Shown one piece after another: positions 28,635 through 37,687 of a stretch of DNA of 64,000 nucleotides (the stretch's first letter is position 1; the number at the start of each line of letters is the position of its first letter). This stretch comes from Candidatus Hadarchaeota archaeon (GTDB taxonomy: Archaea; Hadarchaeota; Hadarchaeia; Hadarchaeales; JAGGTB01): the NCBI GenBank assembly GCA_964384105.1, contig CAYLJV010000002.1, positions 128,001-192,000 on the forward strand. Reading direction: 5' to 3'. The notes under the pieces were generated by a model, which saw only the letters and a list, made by a program, of their open reading frames with translations, was not told the origin of the DNA and ran no database searches. A program made the translations under genes and the position numbers.

Positions 28635-30725
28635 TTACTTCAACTTCAACCTAGCGTCCAGAACTACCCCACCGGAGCCGAAAACTAAAAACGGATTAGC
28701 CTCTACTTCTCCAATTTCTGGGAAATCCTCAACCAGCTGAGACAATTTAACTAAAACATCTACCACAGCCTGGAGATCATAAGGTTCTTCACCTCTCTGC
28801 CCCTTAAGCAATTCGTCGATATACCTCGTATCGTCGATCATCTTACTCGCCTTTTCTCTATCGAGGGGAGAGATTCCATTTGAAACATCTCCGAAAACCT
28901 CTGTGTACTTTCCACCCAATCCAAACTTTATCAAATGCCCGTCCAAGATCTCCTCATAAACTGCCCCGATCAAAACTTCCTTACCCTCATTAAACATTGG
29001 CTGAAGGCAAACCCCATCAATACTGTCTTCTTCCAAACCCTGACTTCTTGAAAGGACTTCGTCGATCAATTGGCGATAAGAGGACTCTACCTCTTCTTCA
29101 GAAACGTCAAGACGGATTCCACCAACATCCGACTTGTGAGATACTTGAGGGGATTCTATCTTCATAGCCACCGGCCCATCCAATTTTTTGGACATTTCAA
29201 CAGCCTCATCCGGGCTTGTAGCCGAATAACAATCAGACACGGGAATGTCGTAGGCCTTAAATACCTCGAAGGTTTTAACCAGGCCCAATAGCTTTTCCCC
29301 TCTCTCCTCGACCTCGGAAATTATCTGTTGGACCCTAGATCCGTCAACAGTGGTATCTCTCTCGGGTTCAGGAGTCGTAACCTCATTATTCCTGTAACGC
29401 CACATCTCGGAAAGAACCTGGGCCGCCCTCTCGGGAGTTGAATAAAGGGGATGACCCCTCTTTTCCATCTCGATAACCTCGTCCATAACAAACTCCCTAC
29501 CGGTGCTCGCCAGTAAAATCGGCTTACCGCCGCTATCCACTTCGCCGAAAATGTCCACGTACTCACCGAGCCTCTCAGGCTGCAACACTATCAAAAATCC
29601 GCCAACGGTATCTTCAGATGAAACAATTTCAATCATGTTCCTTATCTTCTCGGGAGACTGGTCAAAAGTGAAATCGGCAGGATTGTATCCTTCTATAACA
29701 CCAGGCAATAACTCATCCATTTTATCTTTAGTATCCTCACTCAGCTCAGCGAGACCAAGACCCTCCTCATTTAGAGTATCTGTCGCGGTAATTCCCTGAG
29801 ATCCGGAATAACTAGCAATCATAAATCTCCCAGATTCCGGCAAATTCTGTTTAGAAAAAGCACGAGCGATATCGAACAAGTGATCGTTATCTTCTGCCTG
29901 TATTATACCACTCTCCTCAAAAATCGTATCATATATCTGAGTCGGACCTCCGATAGCAGCAGTATGCGTTACAGCAGCAGCCTTGCCCTCCTTTGTCCTC
30001 GCACCTTTGAGAACCACAACTGGCTTTTCTTGAACAACCGCTCTAGCGGTTTTTAAGAACTCTCTCCCTCTCTTAATATCCTCCAGGTACATCGCGATTA
30101 CATCGATCGTTTCCTCCTGTCCCATGTACTCGAGAATATCAGTCTCGTCGATGTCCATCTTGTTTCCGACAGTCGCAATAATACTGAAGTCCATTATCCT
30201 GCGGAGACCCCACAAAATGCCCGCGGCGTAAACACCCGCCTGGGCTATCAGTCCTACACTACCCGGTTTAAGCTCCCCAACCCGTCCTATAGACTGGCAC
30301 ATCCCGTTGTTCACATTTATGATTCCAGTACAGTTAGGACCTAAAACATGACAATCCTCGTACTCATCCAGCAGAATTTCCAAATCCTCCTTTATCTTCT
30401 TTCCCTTCTCCCCGGCCTCTCCAAAACCAGCCGCTTCAATCGTCACAAATTTGATTCCATTTTCGAAACATTCCCTAACGACTTCAGGAGTAATTTTAGC
30501 GGGTACTATCAAAACCGCAGCATCTACAGAAGGCCCGATATCCCCTACTATCCCATAAGCCTTGATGCCCTGAACCTTGTCCGCACCGGGGTTAACCGGA
30601 TAGAGATCTCCTCGAAAGCCGTGATTTATTAGATTATTGAGAACGTTGTAACCCAGCTTTCCCTCTTTATTCGAAGCACCCACAACAGCCAAACTATCTG
30701 GACAAAAAAGCTTCTTTAAGTCCAT
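28635..30725 (-). CDS. ADP-forming acetate/acyl-CoA ligase, fused alpha-beta
   Basis: AVVGAS, LGPNC, GNKMD, THTAA phospho-His, HKSDVGG, EANP..LDAR; ATG 6 nt after AGGTG. Confidence 0.92.
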   Translation of the reverse strand: MDLKKLFCPDSLAVVGASNKEGKLGYNVLNNLINHGFRGDLYPVNPGADKVQGIKAYGIVGDIGPSVDAAVLIVPAKITPEVVRECFENGIKFVTIEAAGFGEAGEKGKKIKEDLEILLDEYEDCHVLGPNCTGIINVNNGMCQSIGRVGELKPGSVGLIAQAGVYAAGILWGLRRIMDFSIIATVGNKMDIDETDILEYMGQEETIDVIAMYLEDIKRGREFLKTARAVVQEKPVVVLKGARTKEGKAAAVTHTAAIGGPTQIYDTIFEESGIIQAEDNDHLFDIARAFSKQNLPESGRFMIASYSGSQGITATDTLNEEGLGLAELSEDTKDKMDELLPGVIEGYNPADFTFDQSPEKIRNMIEIVSSEDTVGGFLIVLQPERLGEYVDIFGEVDSGGKPILLASTGREFVMDEVIEMEKRGHPLYSTPERAAQVLSEMWRYRNNEVTTPEPERDTTVDGSRVQQIISEVEERGEKLLGLVKTFEVFKAYDIPVSDCYSATSPDEAVEMSKKLDGPVAMKIESPQVSHKSDVGGIRLDVSEEEVESSYRQLIDEVLSRSQGLEEDSIDGVCLQPMFNEGKEVLIGAVYEEILDGHLIKFGLGGKYTEVFGDVSNGISPLDREKASKMIDDTRYIDELLKGQRGEEPYDLQAVVDVLVKLSQLVEDFPEIGEVEANPFLVFGSGGVVLDARLKLK

Positions 30726-30810
30726 CGGTAACACCTAATCAAATACAAGACTTGTTTGCACGTATTTATGTACACATGGAAATCGGGAAATTTCCGAATT
30801 TTAATTATTC

Positions 30811-32169
30811 TTAATTCCTCAGACTCAAAATAGGGCTGGGAAGCCTTCCCCCTCTGGAGATAAAGGCCTCAGAAGAATACTTGTTAACCTTCATTACAGG
30901 AGCTTTACCAAGAAGACCTCCGAACTCGATAACATCACCCGCCTTTTTTCCAATAGCTGGAATAATCCTAACTCCCTCTGTCTTATTGTTAACAATTCCA
31001 ATGGCCAATTCATCAGCTATTATCGCGCTTATCTTGCTAGCCGGGGTATCACCCGGTATCGCAATCATATCCAGACCCACTGAACAAACGGCAGTAAGAG
31101 ATTCCAACTTATCCAAACTCAAAGCACCGCTCTGAACGGCCTCCACCATCCCGAGGTCCTCACTGACAGGGATGAAAGTTCCACTCAATCCACCAACGTT
31201 ACCACTGGCCATAGCTCCTCCCTTCTTGACCGCGTCCATCAAAAGAGCAACTGCCAAGGTAGATCCATGGGCACCGGCCTTATCGACTCCCATAGCCTCC
31301 AGAGTTCTCGCAACCGAATCGTTTTCTACAGGAGATGGAGCCAGAGAAATATCTACTATCCCAAACGGAACGTCGAGTTCCTCTGCCAGTTCTCTACCGA
31401 TAAGCTCCCCCGCTCTGGTCGTCTTAAAGGTGGTCCTCTTGATAACCTCGGATAGTTCGGTAAGATCGCAGTCCTCGTTCTCCTTTACTACCTCTCTCAC
31501 CACACCGGGTCCACTAACACCTACATTTAAAGAAAATTCGGCTTCACCTGCACCATGAAACGCCCCCGCCATGAAGGGGTTATCCTCTGGAGCGTTCACA
31601 AAAACCACAAACTTCGCGCAGCCTATGCTCTTCTCGCTTTTCCTGGCAATCTCCTTCAATATATGGCCTATCTTTATAACAGCATCTAAATTCATACCTG
31701 CCCTGTGGCTCCCGACATCAAGGAAAGAACAGACGCGGTCTGTCTCGGAAAGCACTTGCGGAAGAGATTCTATCAGTTTTTCGTCGCAATCTGTCATACC
31801 CTTCTGCACCAACGCTCCGAAACCTCCGACAAAGTCAACACCACCCTCTTTGACAGCTTCATCCAGAACCTTTCCAACCTCTACAAACTTCTCCTCCGTG
31901 GAATGGGGTCCCATAATGAGACTTACTGGAGTAACTGAAACCCTTTCGTTTATAATAGGTATTCCGTATTTTGTCTCTAATTTCTCGGTTTTAGACGATA
32001 GTTTTTTGGAATGAAAACTTACCTTCTCGTATATATTCTCCTTAAATTTTTCGAAATCTGAATCTATACAATCTCTCAGATTTATTCCAAGAGTAACTGT
32101 CCTTATATCAAGTCCTTGATAAAGAGTCATACTAGCCGTTTCAAAAACTTCATCTACTGTAAATGCCAT
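30811..32169 (-). CDS. UPF0210/DUF711 PFL-like family protein
   Basis: LDIRTVTLGI, NAPEDNPFMAGAFHG, GGLSGTFIPVSED, CSVGLDM. Confidence 0.92.
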   Translation of the reverse strand: MAFTVDEVFETASMTLYQGLDIRTVTLGINLRDCIDSDFEKFKENIYEKVSFHSKKLSSKTEKLETKYGIPIINERVSVTPVSLIMGPHSTEEKFVEVGKVLDEAVKEGGVDFVGGFGALVQKGMTDCDEKLIESLPQVLSETDRVCSFLDVGSHRAGMNLDAVIKIGHILKEIARKSEKSIGCAKFVVFVNAPEDNPFMAGAFHGAGEAEFSLNVGVSGPGVVREVVKENEDCDLTELSEVIKRTTFKTTRAGELIGRELAEELDVPFGIVDISLAPSPVENDSVARTLEAMGVDKAGAHGSTLAVALLMDAVKKGGAMASGNVGGLSGTFIPVSEDLGMVEAVQSGALSLDKLESLTAVCSVGLDMIAIPGDTPASKISAIIADELAIGIVNNKTEGVRIIPAIGKKAGDVIEFGGLLGKAPVMKVNKYSSEAFISRGGRLPSPILSLRN

Positions 32170-32172
32170 CCT

Positions 32173-32451
32173 TCAAACCCTGTGCATAGCTTTAAAGATA
32201 TTCTCATGTTGTAATTGTACCTGAAGACCCATATCCTTACCTATAGCCATAAGGTCGTCCCCAATGCTCTTCAAACTACAATTAGCGTTCCCAACATCTA
32301 TCAGCATACTCATAACAAAATAACCCTCTATCACCTTCTGGCTTATATCCTCGATATTCACGTCCTTCTCATAGAGGGAGTTAGACATCCTGGCGATTAT
32401 ACCCGGTTGGTCCTCTCCAATCACAGTGACAAAACAGAGCTCCTTTCCCAT
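32173..32451 (-). CDS. ACT-domain protein (UPF0237)
   Basis: VTVIGEDQPGIIA, NIEDISQ, QHENIFKAMHRV; usual partner of UPF0210. Confidence 0.92.
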   Translation of the reverse strand: MGKELCFVTVIGEDQPGIIARMSNSLYEKDVNIEDISQKVIEGYFVMSMLIDVGNANCSLKSIGDDLMAIGKDMGLQVQLQHENIFKAMHRV

Positions 32452-32516
32452 ATTATTCTCCTCGCAATGGAGAATCAACCCTCTTAAGTATTAAAATTTC
32501 TCTCAAAAACATCGCT

Positions 32517-33440
32517 TTAGGACTTCTCGACTACCTCAAACAGATCATCCGCAAGACTGATTATCAGGGCCTTATCCTCCAAATTCCCCTTCAGATCCTC
32601 CGGAATACTATCAGAACCGTGATACGCCCCGGCGATAGCTCCAGTCATAGCTCCTATAGTATCCGCATCTCCACCCAAACTGATAGCATAAGTAACAGCA
32701 TTCAGAAAGTCTCTTGAATGAGACAGGAAAGAATAGATCGCTGTGGGAACGGAGTTAAATGCTTCAACTCTATTACCGAGAGACTCAACAACTGCTCCCT
32801 TATCTGGATCGGAACTGACCAGTTCTTCCAACCTATTTAATTTCTGCATATACTCCTTTTCATTCGCAAAATCTCTGAGCCTTTCGATAAATTCTCCAAC
32901 ATCTAAACCAGCTGAAGGGTCCTCATTAGTAGCAAGCGCAACTGCTGCGGACTGAAGGACGGCGCCACCTATCCCCAATCGATGGGTGTGAGTAACTCGA
33001 CTGGACTTTTCCGCAACCGTAGGTAAATTATCCAAATCATTACAACAAAATAGTCCTACTGGAGCCACCCTCATGGAAGAACCGTTTCCATAGGATCCTT
33101 CTCCACCAAACAGTCTCTTCGCTGGCTCTCTCCAGTCCTCTTCACGCTCAAGGGATTTTATAACCCGTCTAGCCCCAGGACCATAACCCCGAAATGGCTC
33201 AAAATTATCCACCAATCTACTCGCAAAATAACCTCCATCAAACTCTCCCTTTTCCACCAATGATTCTGTCAAACTGATCATCTGCTGGGTATCATCCGTG
33301 TAGCGTAAATTCTCAAATCTGGAGAGCAGGCTCTCTATCTCTCCAGAATCCATGAGGGATCTACCCTCGCTCGTTCTACCCAAAGAGTCTCCCACCGCGG
33401 TCCCAAGCAGAGAACCACGAAACTTCGATCTCAGGTCCAC
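32517..33440 (-). CDS. ADP-ribosylglycohydrolase (DraG/ARH3 family)
   Basis: GDSLG, YTDDTQ, GNGSSMR, GGDADT motifs. Confidence 0.92.
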   Translation of the reverse strand: MDLRSKFRGSLLGTAVGDSLGRTSEGRSLMDSGEIESLLSRFENLRYTDDTQQMISLTESLVEKGEFDGGYFASRLVDNFEPFRGYGPGARRVIKSLEREEDWREPAKRLFGGEGSYGNGSSMRVAPVGLFCCNDLDNLPTVAEKSSRVTHTHRLGIGGAVLQSAAVALATNEDPSAGLDVGEFIERLRDFANEKEYMQKLNRLEELVSSDPDKGAVVESLGNRVEAFNSVPTAIYSFLSHSRDFLNAVTYAISLGGDADTIGAMTGAIAGAYHGSDSIPEDLKGNLEDKALIISLADDLFEVVEKS

Positions 33441-33441
33441 T

Positions 33442-34134
33442 TCAATCACCTAGAGAGACTAAGGGAACTATATCTTCAAGGATAAAATCCAAAAATTCCT
33501 GGGGCTTGAGCTTGCTGAAAAGCACGATCACAGAATTCCTAGTAATTCCGACAACGATCCCTCTCTTCTGAATTTCAAAAACTGCGTACCATATATTACC
33601 ATGATCCAGATACTCCTGATAAAGTGAAGTATCTGCAATTGAAGATCCGTAGAGGGCCAACTTTCCTACATCCGGAATGTCCACATTATCAAAATATATT
33701 ACCTTAGTAGCGCGAGGATTGCTCTCGTGAAGCTCTTTTAGAGTCTCTTCTTTAATCTTGGCCTCTACTATCCCCCCGGATTTCAAAAAGAGTGCTTCAC
33801 TGACCTTGTTAGCTATCCTATTCGCCCTCGGTTTGTCGCTTACTATAACTAAAAATATTTCTCCCTTTCTATTATGGAAGACCAACTCGGTTTCTTTGGT
33901 CTTCGGAACTTCGACCTCGCCAGACCTGTGATAAACTGAAATCAAAGTATCATCGCTATAGGTCCCGTACAAAGTTCCATCTTCTGCTTTCAAGTTCGTA
34001 ATCTCAGTCACTAAATTGAACTTCTGGGTCCTGCCCTCGAACGGCTCCTCCTCCCGATAATCCTTCAATTTGCTAGCAATAAACCCCAGATCGGCATCTT
34101 TAGCAATTCTAAATATCTTTGCGGAACTTACCAT
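33442..34134 (-). CDS. Archaeal hypothetical protein
   Basis: 230-aa ORF with SD AGGTG, coupled to the ARH gene; no function recognised. Confidence 0.75.
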   Translation of the reverse strand: MVSSAKIFRIAKDADLGFIASKLKDYREEEPFEGRTQKFNLVTEITNLKAEDGTLYGTYSDDTLISVYHRSGEVEVPKTKETELVFHNRKGEIFLVIVSDKPRANRIANKVSEALFLKSGGIVEAKIKEETLKELHESNPRATKVIYFDNVDIPDVGKLALYGSSIADTSLYQEYLDHGNIWYAVFEIQKRGIVVGITRNSVIVLFSKLKPQEFLDFILEDIVPLVSLGD

Positions 34135-34206
34135 TCACTGCACCTATAGTCTCCTAAAAGGAGCTTTACCATTAAAAATTTCTTTTCAATTGATTCTCAG
34201 TAATAC

Positions 34207-35232
34207 TCACGTCCACTGTTCAAGAGACCTCTGAGCTCTCTTCTTTACTCCCTTCTCGAGTCTTTCGATTCCCGTCTCAACTCTCGATTCAGAAAACTCG
34301 TGCTCTTCACAGAGAAAACCTTTTATCTCCTCAGGAGATGGATCACTCCAAGCTATCTCGTAATCCTCCGTAACATTCGGTTCAAGAAAGACCTTTTCCA
34401 CTTCAAGCGGGTCGACATCGAATTCTTCGGATATATCCAACTCCAAAATTTTCTCCAGGTTTCCATTCTCCTTAACAATTTTCAAAGCCCTTTTTGGTCC
34501 AATACCCTTAATCCCATCATTGTAATCCGTTCCTACTAGAACCCCTATAGCGATTAGCCCTCTCCTATCTATCCCATGGTCCTTCTTCAACTCCGACAAT
34601 TTGGCAATTTCGGGAAGGACTTCCTTATACTCATCCTTACCAGGCAGTTTCCTCTTGCCAGTTATCGTCACGTTTCGAACGAGAATAGGCGCCCCATAGA
34701 GTAAACTGTCGAAATCCTGACTCCCAACGGCCCAAGCATCGCCGCGCTTGACCATAAAGGAGGCCTGAGCCTCGCCTTCACCTGGGGCCTGAACCCACGG
34801 GACACCCATAGCGAAAAGAAGTGTCTTCGACTGATCAACCATCTTGCCCGAAAGCCTAGAAGCCCTCTGAGCATACTTAAAAGCCTCCTTTTCGTCACCT
34901 TTTCGAATGGCCTCTCTCCTAGCTTTCTCAGCCTCTGCTTTCAATTTCCGACGAGTTTTGAGTGTCTTACTTTTAAGCTCAGGAGGTTCTCCATCAAAAA
35001 CGAAAAATGGACGAATTCCTCGTTCAATCAGGTTAGAAGTTCTATAAAAAAGACCAGAAAGGTGTGAAGTTACTCTCCCCTTAGAATCCTTGAGAGGAGT
35101 GCCGTCCCTCTGCCGAATTATAGAGAGAAACTGGTACAAAGTGTTCATAGCATCAACTGCTATGACCTTCCCCTGCAGATATTCTAGATCGACTTCCTTG
35201 AAAGTAACAAGTTCTTTTATCTGTGTTCCCAA
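34207..35232 (-). CDS. fen: Flap endonuclease 1
   Basis: DAMNTLYQFLSIIRQ, GEGEAQA, SQDFD, GTDYN, C-terminal PIP box QRSLEQW; TTG start inferred. Confidence 0.96.
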   Translation of the reverse strand: MGTQIKELVTFKEVDLEYLQGKVIAVDAMNTLYQFLSIIRQRDGTPLKDSKGRVTSHLSGLFYRTSNLIERGIRPFFVFDGEPPELKSKTLKTRRKLKAEAEKARREAIRKGDEKEAFKYAQRASRLSGKMVDQSKTLLFAMGVPWVQAPGEGEAQASFMVKRGDAWAVGSQDFDSLLYGAPILVRNVTITGKRKLPGKDEYKEVLPEIAKLSELKKDHGIDRRGLIAIGVLVGTDYNDGIKGIGPKRALKIVKENGNLEKILELDISEEFDVDPLEVEKVFLEPNVTEDYEIAWSDPSPEEIKGFLCEEHEFSESRVETGIERLEKGVKKRAQRSLEQWT

Positions 35233-35286
35233 AAAACCCACCAAAATAAAATAGGTAGACAAGCTTTATTGACTCTCGCCAGAGGA

Positions 35287-35505
35287 CTATGCAATTCTTT
35301 CTCCACTTGGAAGCCTTCTGACTACCGTCATGGGTATTGCGGAATTTTCGAACTCCGAAGTCGCGATATCAATTGGGTCTGAAATACCCTCAGGAACATC
35401 AATTAAAACGGGAGCACCAAGTTCTATCTGAATAGATCTCGCACCAATTACCCTAGCTTTTTCGAATCGAGTATATTTTTTAGGATAAATGGTTACCACC
35501 TCCAT
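35287..35505 (-). CDS. rpoK: RNA polymerase subunit K (Rpo6)
   Basis: YTRFEKARVIGARSIQIELGAP; alternative ATT start at 35490. Confidence 0.94.
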   Translation of the reverse strand: MEVVTIYPKKYTRFEKARVIGARSIQIELGAPVLIDVPEGISDPIDIATSEFENSAIPMTVVRRLPSGERIA

Positions 35506-36085
35506 ACATTTCTATCCAAATCTTAAAATTCAAAGTGTTTCCTCCTACAGTCTCACTACCTCAAAAAATGAATGTTTTAATCTATCAACAAATTCCGCTA
35601 AGCATGTTAGCCTACGTATGTTAAACTCTCCCATCGTTTGATTCATTTTTCAACTCTATTAAGAGTTAAGTGTTTAAAAAGTTACTCTTCAAAATTACAT
35701 TCATTTTTCAAAACTTGTATTAATCCTATTCTAAAATTTTTCAGAAAATTTTAGTAATCAACAAGGAAAGTATAAAATTCAATAATATCCTCATAAAAGG
35801 AAATATGAACCATTAAGGCTATCAAAAACCAATAGAAGGTGCAATTTCTTCCTATGTGTCCTGTTAAATCCAATAGTAAGATAAAAAATTGACTATTCAC
35901 TATAAACACTATTAATGAACAATAAACCATCTAAATTATTTTTTTCAATAATAAATAAACAAAAAAAGATTTTTTTGCCGATTTAAAATAATTAAACTCC
36001 TCCTAGTCTTTGAAATGGAATTTATTAATAAAAATAGAAAAGCTTTTATCTTTATACTAGGAAAAGAGAATGCAGGTCTCTGTAA

Positions 36086-37687
36086 ATGGAAAAAAAGCTG
36101 GATCTGTGGCAAGTTATTTTGCTCGGTCTGGCTTATATGGCACCGGCTCTTTCGTTATTGGCAACTTTTAGAATTATAATGGCGGCTGGCTATACATGGA
36201 CCGCGGTTCCTCTAGCTTATCTTATAGCAGGAGTAGCGATTATCATAACTGCAGTTGCTTTTGCTAACCTAAGTAAATTAACTCCTAAGGGTGGGAGTGT
36301 CTGGACCTATGCAAAAGATGCCTTAGGTCCCAAGTTCGGCCAGTTTGCTGTTTGGATTTATTTACTGCAGTTAGTTGTAGTACCAGCAGCAGCTATGATC
36401 CCGGTTGGCATTTTCGCTCAAAGCTGGCTGGGAATATCGCCCTGGATCACAGTGCTGATAGGTTTTCTGTTCATTCTGGGTATCGCCCTCTTAGGGATTG
36501 ATCTGTCGTTTAAAACGATGGCAGTCCTATTCATCGGTGAGCTAATAATTCTTGTAACATTTGCAGTTAGCTCAATTTTGTGGTCTTCAGAAGTAGGTGC
36601 TTTCGGAACCATTTCCAGAATTGCCATCACACCATCTGGTTCCCTTTTTGGCATCGCAGGTATTATTGTAGGAGCTGCCGCAGCAGTCTATTCATTCCTT
36701 GGATACGAATCTTCTGCGACAATGGCGGAGGAAGTAAAATCTCCAATGAAAAATATACCTAAAGCTATTGTTATTACATCCATTTTAGGAACGATATTGC
36801 TAGTATTCCTCGCTTGGTCTTTTGTTGTTTCAATACCCGCAAAGGGACTGTTTTCACTTATTCACTATTTCAACCCAATACCCGCTATGGCTGGTGTTGT
36901 GTGGGGAGATGTACCTCCTTTCTACTATGGATGGCGCCACATATTGAGCATCGGAGGAATTGCAGCCGGAGTAACAGCAGCTCTTGCAGGATTACTAGCT
37001 TCCAGTAGGGTAATAAAAAAGCTAGGTGAGGAAAAAATCATTCCTAGTCACTTCAATAAAGTTTCAAAGAAAAGAGGAGCTCCAGTAGCGGCCATTCTCC
37101 TTGTCGGTTCAATAGGCTTATTTTTAGGTCAATTTGCCCCTTGGGAAAGTATTGTTTATGCTATTGCAACTGGAGCTGTACCAACTATAATTATCGTAAA
37201 CTTTCTTTCCTTTTGGCGTTACCGCAATTCCAAAGTTACACCTTCGACAATTATCACTCAAAAGATTCTCCCGGTAATTGGTATCGCTATGGGTTTGTGG
37301 ATTTTATTCGCTGGACTACCCACTAGAATGCTAATGGTGCTTATGGTTTGGGTTGTTCTCGGAATACTGCTAGTTTTCGTTAATAATTATCTTAAACCTA
37401 GTATTTTCTCCAACAAGAATAACGTATCAAAAGAAAAACTGTCACCCTCTCGATGGGGATTGGTCGCTTCTTCTTTGGCCTTGATACTGGTGGTTATAAT
37501 CTTCGCTGTTTGGTACAAGTACTATGCTGGCTCACTAGCTTGGTGGAATGTTATCGCTCCATACGCCTCGGGCAACTTATTGGCCTCCGTTGTTGCTATA
37601 GGAGCCATAGTAGTTTTTATCGTTGGTATGGTGAAAAGCAACCGATTCACCTCAGAAGCTGAACAGAAAACTGGAGGTGTAGTATAA
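36086..37687 (+). CDS. APC-superfamily amino acid/polyamine permease
   Basis: GLAYMAP, PKGGSVWTY, SFLGYES...AEEVKSP..NIPKAI; extra C-terminal TMs. Confidence 0.9.
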   Translation: MEKKLDLWQVILLGLAYMAPALSLLATFRIIMAAGYTWTAVPLAYLIAGVAIIITAVAFANLSKLTPKGGSVWTYAKDALGPKFGQFAVWIYLLQLVVVPAAAMIPVGIFAQSWLGISPWITVLIGFLFILGIALLGIDLSFKTMAVLFIGELIILVTFAVSSILWSSEVGAFGTISRIAITPSGSLFGIAGIIVGAAAAVYSFLGYESSATMAEEVKSPMKNIPKAIVITSILGTILLVFLAWSFVVSIPAKGLFSLIHYFNPIPAMAGVVWGDVPPFYYGWRHILSIGGIAAGVTAALAGLLASSRVIKKLGEEKIIPSHFNKVSKKRGAPVAAILLVGSIGLFLGQFAPWESIVYAIATGAVPTIIIVNFLSFWRYRNSKVTPSTIITQKILPVIGIAMGLWILFAGLPTRMLMVLMVWVVLGILLVFVNNYLKPSIFSNKNNVSKEKLSPSRWGLVASSLALILVVIIFAVWYKYYAGSLAWWNVIAPYASGNLLASVVAIGAIVVFIVGMVKSNRFTSEAEQKTGGVV

